From NCBI GenBank assembly GCA_039589315.1, contig JBDHHQ010000049.1, forward strand, positions 1 through 32,904: DNA of 32,904 bases, written 5' to 3'. The position numbers were made by a program, and so were the translations under genes. A model generated the notes under the pieces. It worked only from the letters and a program-made list of their open reading frames with translations. It was not told where the DNA came from and did no database searches. The DNA comes from Gemmatimonadota bacterium. Its GTDB lineage: Bacteria > Gemmatimonadota > Gemmatimonadetes > Longimicrobiales > Gaopeijiaceae. Below, piece by piece: positions 18,580-26,653 of this stretch (position 1 is its first letter; every line of letters starts with the position of its first letter).

Positions 18580-19296
18580 ATCCAATACGCGTTCTGTGTC
18601 GCCTCGCTGACGTTGGCCCTCGCGGGTTGCGGTGGTGAGAGCGACACCGTGGCTGATCCCGAACCACCGGCGCCCGTGGAGTGGCACGCCGTTGGATGGA
18701 GCGGGGGAGTGATCAACGTGGCCCTCGTGGAGCCAGGATCCGGCGCCGGGTCCGGACCCCATCCCGTGGTGCTGGCCCTTCCGTGGGGAGGCGGGACGGC
18801 GGACCTGGTCCTGGGCCTGGTCCAGACCTACTGGGACACTGAGGCACCGGCCCGGGGCTACTACGTCGTCGCGCCCGAGGTCCTCGGGTCGTCGCTGGCC
18901 ACGACGGCCGACGAGCTCATCCCGGACCTCTTCGCCTGGATGGACCGGGAGCTCGACTACGACCCCGACCGCGTCGTGCTGACGGGCGCCTCCAACGGCG
19001 GCCGGGGCGTCTTCTTCTCGGCCGTGGCCAACCCGCAGCGTTTCGCCGCGCTGATCGGCATGCCCGGCCGGTACGAAGGCGACGGGACCGACCTCGCTCC
19101 CCTGGCGGGTGTGCCCGTCTGGCTGTTGGTGGGGCAGTTCGACGACGGCTGGGTCCAGGCCGCCGAATCCACCCAGGGTGCGCTCGAGGCAGCCGGCGTG
19201 GACGTTACGCTGGACGTGGTCCAGGGGCAGGGCCACGTGCTCCGACTGGATCAGGCCCTCCTGATGGACTGGATCGACGGGGCGCTGGCGCGCTGA
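18580..19296 (+). CDS. Lipoprotein alpha/beta hydrolase (esterase/peptidase-like); start codon uncertain
   Basis: Lipobox LAGC, nucleophile elbow GASNG, acid in GQFDD, His in GQGH. No suitable canonical start lies before the signal peptide. Confidence 0.72.
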   Translation: MQYAFCVASLTLALAGCGGESDTVADPEPPAPVEWHAVGWSGGVINVALVEPGSGAGSGPHPVVLALPWGGGTADLVLGLVQTYWDTEAPARGYYVVAPEVLGSSLATTADELIPDLFAWMDRELDYDPDRVVLTGASNGGRGVFFSAVANPQRFAALIGMPGRYEGDGTDLAPLAGVPVWLLVGQFDDGWVQAAESTQGALEAAGVDVTLDVVQGQGHVLRLDQALLMDWIDGALAR

Positions 19297-19507
19297 GGCG
19301 GTGCCGGCGTCGCCTGAAGCCAGGCGCGAACCGATGGACTCGGACCGAGCTGAGTCCACTCCTGCTTCCTTCCGGACGTTGGAGGCGGCCAGGAGGTAGT
19401 CGTCCCGCTCTCTGACCGCCCGGTCCAGGGCGCCTCCGTGGCGGACTCGAACCGGCGGCCATACTGTTTCGCGACTCGCCGCCGACCATCCTCACGAGGA
19501 CATCCGC

Positions 19508-20047
19508 ATGCGCACTGTGACCTCGCTCACGATCCTCCTCCTCACCGCAACCGTCGCTCAGGCTCAGGAGAGTCGTGCGGCCGGCCCGATCATCCAATCG
19601 GCCGGCGCGGTGTTCGAGGTCTCGGACCCTGACTTTCCGACCCCTCGGAACCAGGAGTACAAGGTCGCCTTCGAGGTCGCACAGGCCGCCGACTCTCCCG
19701 ACCAGCTCAACGTGGCCCTGAACAGCGTGGCGCGCTTCCTCAACATGCACGCCCGGGCCGGCGTGCCTCGGGATCAGATCCACGCGGCGGTGGTGGTCCA
19801 CGGATCGGCCGGTTGGGAGGTCCTGGATCACGCGGCCTACCGGGACCGCTACGGCGTAGACAACCCCAACGCCGAGCTCATCCGCGAGCTGACCGACGTG
19901 GGTGCTCAGGTGATCCTCTGTGGACAGACGGCTGCCTCCAGGGGGATTCCCCGGGACGGACTCGTCGATGGGGTCGACGTGGCGTTGTCGGCGATGACGG
20001 CGTTCCTGGTTCTCCAGGAGGATGGGTATCGGGTGAATCCGTGGTGA
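19508..20047 (+). CDS. Secreted DsrE/DsrF-like family protein
   Basis: Signal peptide (AQA), YKVAFEV, LNSVARFLNMH, VVVHG, ILCGQT; GAGGA ribosome-binding site. Confidence 0.8.
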   Translation: MRTVTSLTILLLTATVAQAQESRAAGPIIQSAGAVFEVSDPDFPTPRNQEYKVAFEVAQAADSPDQLNVALNSVARFLNMHARAGVPRDQIHAAVVVHGSAGWEVLDHAAYRDRYGVDNPNAELIRELTDVGAQVILCGQTAASRGIPRDGLVDGVDVALSAMTAFLVLQEDGYRVNPW

Positions 20048-20144
20048 GCCGGTTCTTGGGGTCGTGGGCTGACCTCCGCCCGGTTCCGAGCCCGCGCGAT
20101 GGGCCGTGATGACGTTCTCGCGACCTTGAGCGCAGGGAAGGCGG

Positions 20145-20477
20145 CTACGCTACGAGGGGATTGTGCCACTTCAATCCGGTGAAGCGAGCGAAGTCCAGGT
20201 CGGTGGTCTGTAGCGTGAGACCATACTCGATCGCGAGCGCAGCGAGATACGCGTCCGGGACGTGTCCGGGACGCCCGACCTCGTCCATGAGAACGCTCAC
20301 TATCTCATGATACCGGTTGGCAGGCTCGGGCGTGAAGACGCACGGGAGCGCGAGCCAGTCGTCGACCTGTGACCAGGCCGCGCTTGTTGACAGAGGTCGC
20401 TCGAAGATGCGGCGATTCGTCGTGAGCCTCACAAAGCCGAGCAAGCTGGCCCAGGGAAGGCCGACGCGGTGGCTGCT
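20145..20477 (-). pseudogene. vapC: VapC PIN-domain toxin fragment lacking its N-terminus
   Basis: RVGLPWASLLGFVRLTTNRRIF...VPDAYLAALAIEYG...TTDLDFARF..LKWHNPL. The frame is closed upstream by TGA (20478-20480), so the first PIN Asp strand is missing. Confidence 0.8.
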
Positions 20478-20535
20478 TCAGCTTCTCGAGCCTGACGGCC
20501 ACGTCGTCCGCGAGGGTCAGTGTGGTTCTCATCAT
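20475..20535 (-). pseudogene. vapB: N-terminal fragment of a ribbon-helix-helix VapB/CopG antitoxin
   Basis: MMRTTLTLADDVAVRLEKLKQ, which then runs out of frame into the vapC sequence. Confidence 0.72.
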
Positions 20536-20542
20536 CAAAACA

Positions 20543-20569
20543 TCAAGACGATGATGTCTTGACGTCAAG
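20543..20569 (-). promoter_or_regulatory. vapBC promoter/operator palindromes
   Basis: TCAAGAC-n6-GTCTTGA (20543-20562) overlaps the perfect palindrome CTTGACGTCAAG (20558-20569), which contains TTGACG. Both lie just upstream of the vapB ATG. Confidence 0.6.
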
Positions 20570-20741
20570 TGATTTGGGGGGCGCTTCCCCACAGTCCGCC
20601 GCGGGCGCATTCCGATACCCTGTGACTCCTGTCCGGCCTGAGATTGAGGCAGCACCCAACCTTGACTCTCAGGGCGCAGGCGATCACTGGCGGGGCGTGC
20701 TGCTGGCCGCCCGGAGGTGGTCGAGACTCAGGAGGTGGAAC

Positions 20742-21122
20742 ATGTTGGCTGCTCTGTTCTTGCATGCCGCGGCCGTGATGGTGGCGTTCTGGGGCGCGAT
20801 GCACCTGGTGAAGACGAAACCGGTTGTCGCAGGCTTCGAGCCGTTGTCAGCCGACAATCGTCACGTCCTTACCATGGAATGGGTGCTCGAGGGCGTCACT
20901 CTCTGCTTCATCGCGGCTCTCGTGTTCGCTATGACGGTGTTCGTGGGTCACGGGGGCTTGGCCGTGACGGTCGTGTACGTCTTGGCCGCGGCGATGCTCC
21001 TGACCATGGCGGTGGTCAGCCTCTTCACCGGCGCACGGGCCTCGCCGCTGCCGTACAAGCTGTGCGCGCCCATCTTTACGACGGCTGCGGCGCTCATCCT
21101 TCTCGGGGGCTTCGTGGCCTGA
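20742..21122 (+). CDS. Hypothetical integral membrane protein (about 4 TM)
   Basis: AGGAGG ribosome-binding site, four hydrophobic segments, 126 aa. Confidence 0.75.
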   Translation: MLAALFLHAAAVMVAFWGAMHLVKTKPVVAGFEPLSADNRHVLTMEWVLEGVTLCFIAALVFAMTVFVGHGGLAVTVVYVLAAAMLLTMAVVSLFTGARASPLPYKLCAPIFTTAAALILLGGFVA

Positions 21123-21224
21123 CGGGCGGCTCGGGGCGAGGCGTCACGTGGGGCCGGGCATCCAGGGACGCGGCACCGCCGATCACCTACGAGATCCCTA
21201 GGGCGGTTGCGACCTCCGCTGCAG

Positions 21225-21746
21225 TCAGACCACCACTTCCGGCTGGGGCGGCTCCGGCGTGGCGGGCGGCGTCCACGCGTCCACGGTGGGCAGCCCACCC
21301 GTGAGTCCCAGGATCCACCGCAAGCACCGGTGTCCCACGTCGGCGGACTCGAGGAACATCATCGGACAGCCTCCCGCGATGACGTCGATGCCCGCATTCT
21401 CGCACACGCCGACTGCTTCCTTAGAGACGCTACCCGTCCCGAACGAGCGATGCATCCACACGCGCGGGATGCCGAGCTCGACGCATTGGCGGACGACCTG
21501 CGTCGTTACATCGGGGTGGGTGGCGATCACGACCCCATCGACCCCGACGGGGATCGCTCCCAGGTTCGGATAGCAGACGTCGCCTTCCACGTGCTCAGCC
21601 TTGGGATTCACTGCGTACACTTCGTATCCACGCGCCCGGAGCGTCGTGTACACGATGTTCGCCGCCTGGCCTTTGCTCCGCGACACGCCGGCAACCGCGA
21701 TTCGCCTCTGGGCCAGGAATGCCGCGGCGGCGTCCTTCAGGTTCAT
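21225..21746 (-). CDS. CoA-binding protein (CoA_binding_2 / YccU-like)
   Basis: IAVAGVSR, YAVNP, CYPNL, RVWMH, AGGCPMMF; AGGAGG ribosome-binding site. Confidence 0.85.
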   Translation of the reverse strand: MNLKDAAAAFLAQRRIAVAGVSRSKGQAANIVYTTLRARGYEVYAVNPKAEHVEGDVCYPNLGAIPVGVDGVVIATHPDVTTQVVRQCVELGIPRVWMHRSFGTGSVSKEAVGVCENAGIDVIAGGCPMMFLESADVGHRCLRWILGLTGGLPTVDAWTPPATPEPPQPEVVV

Positions 21747-22216
21747 GACTTCCTCCTGCGCTTGCTGCAGCCCGACTGTCCAGGACACGCCGCGCACGCG
21801 TCAGCATCTCCCTTGATCCGTCCAGCCGCGCCGTACAGTACACGACCCATGATCGCCGCGCGTAGGCCACGCGACCCATCATCCATACCACGTGAAAGTC
21901 GTCCCGTCTGTCGGGTGGATTTCCACACCTTCTGTGGGTGTTTTCCGGTGGCGGGATGCGGGGCCCGCGCGTCGATACGAGCCGGGCGAGGCTTGGCCGT
22001 GTTCGGGTCGCTGACCCTGAAACTGTTGGCCGGGGTGAGATTGTCTGTCCGGGGCGCCGGGCCAAGAGCGAGAGCCGGACGGTTGCTGGGGGCGCAACGG
22101 TTGGGTAGGGTCTTCGGTAGGATTCCACTGGGCTCAGCTGGTTGGATTGAGGAGTGCGCTCTGAGGGAAGGCCGATCTGTCACCCCACAGCGACGCGGCG
22201 TCTGGGCAGCGGTACA

Positions 22217-22615
22217 ATGACGCGTTTCAGGGCAGCGGCGCTGTGTGCTTCCCTGGCGCTCGCATCCTGTGGCGGTAGCGACGGCAGCACAGCACCTGCA
22301 CCTGAGGTGGGTCCACCCACCATCTCCGCTCCGGTCGTGACGCCGAACCCTGCCGAGGGCGTGAGTGTGACGTTCAACGTCTCGGTACAGGCAAGCCTCG
22401 GCACCAACGGTCAAACCAGCAGTCTCTGGCTCGACTGCAACGCCAACGGCCGGGAGGACGATGGCGAGGTGGTCGGTCACGAGTCGCATGCGTGTCAGGC
22501 CGAGCTGGAGAACCTCACCGCCGAGCCCATCAGCCATCGTTTCGCCGCTCGGATCGACCAGGTCGTCGGGGGGAGTGATACGGCCGAGACGCTCGTGACC
22601 CACTTTCCCCCCTGA
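22217..22615 (+). CDS. Small hypothetical lipoprotein
   Basis: MTRFRAAALCASLALASC lipobox and a beta-rich body with two further Cys residues. Confidence 0.65.
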   Translation: MTRFRAAALCASLALASCGGSDGSTAPAPEVGPPTISAPVVTPNPAEGVSVTFNVSVQASLGTNGQTSSLWLDCNANGREDDGEVVGHESHACQAELENLTAEPISHRFAARIDQVVGGSDTAETLVTHFPP

Positions 22616-22813
22616 CGACCTTGGGTGGCCGGAGCGATCGTTGATCGCGGGGTTTCGAGGGCAGCCGTGAGACGGCCGAGCCGCACACGTGAACGACGAA
22701 GGACCCTCGGAACCAGCTCCCAGCAGGGGAGTCCTGTGCGGGTGAACAGCTCTGCTGTGTCCAGGACTTCTGCGACGACGACGCCAGCGCCTCTGCCAGC
22801 GCTGCGCCGTCGA

Positions 22814-22839
22814 ACTCGTCGCCGGAGCCGGCGACGAGT
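22814..22839 (-). terminator. Hairpin at the dipeptidase stop codon
   Basis: 11-bp stem ACTCGTCGCCG-gagc-CGGCGACGAGT. Confidence 0.5.
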
Positions 22840-24176
22840 CAGGGTCCTGCCTGGATCTCCTCGGCGACGGCCTGGACCTCGTCGAGGACGCGGAGGAGGT
22901 TTCCGCTCCAGAGCAGGCCGATCTGCTCTTCGGTGTAGCCTCTCCGGACGAGCTCCAGGGTGACGTTGAACGTCTCGGAGGCGTCGTCCCATCCCAGGAC
23001 GCCTCCGCCGCCGTCGAAGTCCGAGCTGATCCCGACGTGCTCGATGCCGATCAACTCCACCAGGTAGTCGATGTGGTCGACGAAGTCGGAGACGTCGACC
23101 GGCGGGGCCACCGGGTTCACCTCGGCTTCGAGTTGTGCCTCCACCGCTTCCGTCACTGGCTGGGTCGCGACGTCGTATGCGGCGCGCTCCTCCTCGCCCA
23201 TCATGTAGTACGTGCGTCGGTCGACGATCTCGATCCCCATGGGCTCGGCGATACTCCGCTCCAGCGCCATCCGGGTCGCCTGGTGGGCTGCGGACTTGCC
23301 CGGGTCGACGTAACTGGCGAACGCGACAGTCTGGACGACTCCACCGTTCTCCTTGAGCGCCAGAAGTTGTTCGTCGTCCAGATTGCGACTCACGTCGCCT
23401 ACGGCTCGCGCCGCGGAGTGAGAAGCGATCACGGGAGCCCGCGAGAGCTCCAGCGTCTGTAGGTTCGCTTCCTTGGACGGGTGCGACAGGTCTATCATGA
23501 TGCCGAGGCGGTTCAGCTCGGCCACGGCCTGGCGTCCCAGGTCGCTCAGGCCCCCGTGGAGCCAAACGCCGTCCCGCTCGCCCGTGTTGGAATCCGCGAG
23601 CTGGCTGTTTCCGTTGTGCGCCAGCGACATGTACCGCGCGCCGAGCTCGTGAAACTTCTCGATGTTGGACAGATCGGTGCCGACCGGATACGCGTTCTCG
23701 ACGCCGATCATCGCCACCTTCTTGCCGGACGTCACGATGCGACGGACGTCGTCCGTGGTCAGCGCGAGCTCGATCTGGTCGGGGGCGATCTCCTCCGTCA
23801 GCCTGTGAATGGCCTCGAAGTGCTCCAGCGCCGAAGCATGCGCGGCCTCGTACGCCTCGTCGTTCAGCTCCTCCTGGGCCGTGAAGACGATCAGCCACGA
23901 GACGTCGAGCCCACCCGCCTCCATCTTCGGCAGGTTGACCTGCGTAGGTAGATCCGCCGTGTAGTTGCGATCGGCCGTGAAGTCCGCCGGGTCGATGTCG
24001 TTGTGCGTGTCCAGCGTGATGACCCGCTCGTGGATGCCACGGGCGCGTTCGACCATAGCGGACTCCGTTTCGGCAGCTTCGGCCGGCGCGTTCGATCCGG
24101 CGTCGCCGCCGCAGGCAGTGACCCACAATGCGGCGAGGAACGGAGAGACGGTGGAGCGGAAAGGAGTCGTCGTCAT
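22839..24176 (-). CDS. Membrane dipeptidase (peptidase M19), probable lipoprotein
   Basis: LDTHND, IGVEN, SLAHN, IDLSH, IASHS, RNLDD, HVGISSDFDGGG; lipobox-like VTAC. Confidence 0.92.
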   Translation of the reverse strand: MTTTPFRSTVSPFLAALWVTACGGDAGSNAPAEAAETESAMVERARGIHERVITLDTHNDIDPADFTADRNYTADLPTQVNLPKMEAGGLDVSWLIVFTAQEELNDEAYEAAHASALEHFEAIHRLTEEIAPDQIELALTTDDVRRIVTSGKKVAMIGVENAYPVGTDLSNIEKFHELGARYMSLAHNGNSQLADSNTGERDGVWLHGGLSDLGRQAVAELNRLGIMIDLSHPSKEANLQTLELSRAPVIASHSAARAVGDVSRNLDDEQLLALKENGGVVQTVAFASYVDPGKSAAHQATRMALERSIAEPMGIEIVDRRTYYMMGEEERAAYDVATQPVTEAVEAQLEAEVNPVAPPVDVSDFVDHIDYLVELIGIEHVGISSDFDGGGGVLGWDDASETFNVTLELVRRGYTEEQIGLLWSGNLLRVLDEVQAVAEEIQAGP

Positions 24177-24417
24177 GGCTGGCGTCCCGGAATCTCGGCT
24201 GGGAAGAAGGGGGGATTCTAGTCGTGGAGACGGACCGCGTCACCCCTTTGGCCGAGCGCGATGCGGCCGCAGCTGGGCCCCCCGAATCGCTTGAGGCAAG
24301 GGCCATGCGGCGGGCGCATGTTGGATCCGGTCCCCACGTCCGCCGATTCCCAGCCGCAACGTCATGCCCGGTCTGAGACGATTCGCCAGCGAGGCGCACC
24401 GCCACCCGGTTCGGTGG

Positions 24418-24540
24418 GTGCGGAACTCCCCACCGGTGCGGCTCGCACCGCTCGCCCTCGCCATTTACCTCGCGGGGTGCGGAGCGGAGGCGCCCGAGGG
24501 CGAGCCCCGCAGCACCTGCTCGAGGAACTGGACCGCCAAC
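24418..24540 (+). pseudogene. Possible remnant of a lipoprotein gene (signal peptide with little or no body)
   Basis: GTG-RNSPPVRLAPLALAIYLAGC-GAEAPEGEP, after which the frame runs antisense into yjbQ. Confidence 0.35.
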
Positions 24541-24570
24541 GTTCGAAAGTTGGCCGTCGTGTGCCCTGCC

Positions 24571-24978
24571 TTACGCACCGACGTGCAGCACGCACTGCCG
24601 TCGCGAACCTCGGCGCCGGTGCTCCCAGAGGTAGATCCCCTGCCATGTTCCCAGAGCGAGGCGTCCGCCAGCGACAGGAATGGACAGCGTGGTCGACGTG
24701 AGCGCCGAACGGATGTGGGACGGCATGTCGTCGGGCCCCTCGAGGGTGTGGGTGAAGTGGGGGTCACCTTCGGGGACGTGGCGCTCCAGCCAGTCCTCCA
24801 GGTCCCGGCGCGCTGAGGGGTCGGCGTTCTCCTGGATCGTCAGGCTCGCCGACGTGTGCTGGATCATGATCGTGCACAGTCCCTCCTCGACGCCGCTTTC
24901 ACGAACCACCTCCTGAACGGAGCCTGTGATCTCGTGCAGCCCCTTCCCGCGGGTCCGGACCTCGATGTGGTCGATCAA
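24571..24978 (-). CDS. yjbQ: UPF0047 / YjbQ family protein
   Basis: HTSASLTIQENADP, HTLEGPDDMPSHI, LGTWQGIYLWEHR; TTG start inferred. Confidence 0.9.
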   Translation of the reverse strand: MIDHIEVRTRGKGLHEITGSVQEVVRESGVEEGLCTIMIQHTSASLTIQENADPSARRDLEDWLERHVPEGDPHFTHTLEGPDDMPSHIRSALTSTTLSIPVAGGRLALGTWQGIYLWEHRRRGSRRQCVLHVGA

Positions 24979-25024
24979 GGGAGAACGGGATCGTATCTCG
25001 GCGTGCGGCGGCCGTATTCCCGCT

Positions 25025-26266
25025 TCACTCCGAGTTCCCACCCGTCTTCCGGAGGATGAGCTTGTGTGCGCGTAGCCTGAGGGCGTTGATCCTGATGAAC
25101 CCGCGGGCGTCCTCCTGGTCGTAGCCGCCAGCGACGTCCATGGACGAGAGCTCCTGATCGTACAGCGAGCTGGTCGAGGAACGCCCTCTGCACACAACGT
25201 TCCCCTTGAACAGGCGCAGGCTGACTTCGCCGCTGATCAGCCGTTCCGACTGGCGGTACGCGGCCTGGATGAAGTCCATCTCGGGCGAGAACCAAAAGCC
25301 GTTGTAGATGATCTCTGCGAAGCGCGGCGCGAGCATGTCACGAAGCCGAAGCACTTCCCGGTCCATGGCGATGCCCTCCAGGTCACGAAGGGCGTGGTGC
25401 AGGATCGTCCCGCCGGGGGTCTCGTACACACCGCGGGATTTGATGCCCACGTAACGGTTCTCGACCATGTCGATCCTGCCGATGCCGTGCTCGCCACCCT
25501 TCTCGTTCAGGTAGGTGAAGAGGGCTACCGGCTCCGAGAGGTCGACGCCCTCCGACGCGCAGACCACGCGCACCGGAATCGCGTCCTCGAAGTGGAGCTT
25601 CAGGTCCGTCGGATCATCCGGGGCATCCTCGAGCGAGCGGGTGAGCTTGAACATGTCCTCGGGTGGAATCGCTGCGGGGTCCTCGAGGAGGCCGGCCTCG
25701 TAGGAGCGGTGCATGAGATTCTCGTCGCTCGAGTACGGCTTCTCGGCGGTAGCCTCCACCGGGATGTCGTGCTTCTTGGCATACGCGAGGAGGTCGGAGC
25801 GCCCCTGGAAGCGGCTCAGGAAGTCGCCCTCCTTCCAGGGGGAGATGACTTCCAGGGTCGGGGCGAGCGCCGCGTAGGCGAGCTCGAAGCGCACCTGATC
25901 GTTGCCCTTGCCGGTCGCGCCGTGGGCCACCGCGGTGGCGCCTTCGTCGAGCGCGATCTCCACCTGCCGCCGGGCGATGACTGGCCGGGCGAGTGACGTG
26001 CCGAGTAGGTAGCGGTTCTCGTAGATGGCGTCGCCGGCGATGGCCGGGAAGATGAACTCGGTCACGAAGTCGTGCTTGAGGTCCTCTACGAACACCTTCG
26101 CGGCGCCGGTCGCCCTGGCACGTTCGGCGATCTCGTCGAAGTCCTCCTGCTGGCCGACGTCGGCGACGTACGCGATCACGTCGTAGCCACGCTCCTGCAG
26201 GTCCTTGAGGATGCAGGCCGTGTCCAGCCCGCCGCTGTATGCGAGTACGACTGTCTGTTTGCTCAA
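25025..26266 (-). CDS. argG: Argininosuccinate synthase
   Basis: [48 protein letters not shown] start. Confidence 0.97.
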   Translation of the reverse strand: MSKQTVVLAYSGGLDTACILKDLQERGYDVIAYVADVGQQEDFDEIAERARATGAAKVFVEDLKHDFVTEFIFPAIAGDAIYENRYLLGTSLARPVIARRQVEIALDEGATAVAHGATGKGNDQVRFELAYAALAPTLEVISPWKEGDFLSRFQGRSDLLAYAKKHDIPVEATAEKPYSSDENLMHRSYEAGLLEDPAAIPPEDMFKLTRSLEDAPDDPTDLKLHFEDAIPVRVVCASEGVDLSEPVALFTYLNEKGGEHGIGRIDMVENRYVGIKSRGVYETPGGTILHHALRDLEGIAMDREVLRLRDMLAPRFAEIIYNGFWFSPEMDFIQAAYRQSERLISGEVSLRLFKGNVVCRGRSSTSSLYDQELSSMDVAGGYDQEDARGFIRINALRLRAHKLILRKTGGNSE

Positions 26267-26653
26267 GTGTCGAGTCGAGTTGTGAGTCGTGGTGACAGAA
26301 ACGAGTGCCAGGTCCCTTCCTCGGGAGCCAGAGCGCCCAGCAGCTTCTGCAGGGGGCGCCCCCTCAGGCGATGCCGGACGTCAAGGTGGGCGGTAGCGGC
26401 GGACAGAGGCAAGGGTGCCTCGGGTTCGGATCGAGCGGCCCTGATACAACGCCCCCGCAAGCTCGATTCACTGCAAGTCCCTGTGAATGACGGCCTTCGG
26501 GAAAACGGGCTCACCGTGCCCCGGAGCCCGTGCCGTCACGACAGACACGAAATGACCTGGGCTGGGATGAGGGCAGGACCCCCGACGAGCGCAGTTTCGG
26601 CGGTATCGCTACTTTCGCGCTGACCACCCGAACACCGCCAACAGGGTTCAACA

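Noticed and set aside
26466..26490. ATTCAC...GTGAAT inverted repeat upstream of argG as an ARG box
   Set aside because: The half-sites are in the wrong order and spacing for the TGNAT-n4-ATNCA consensus.
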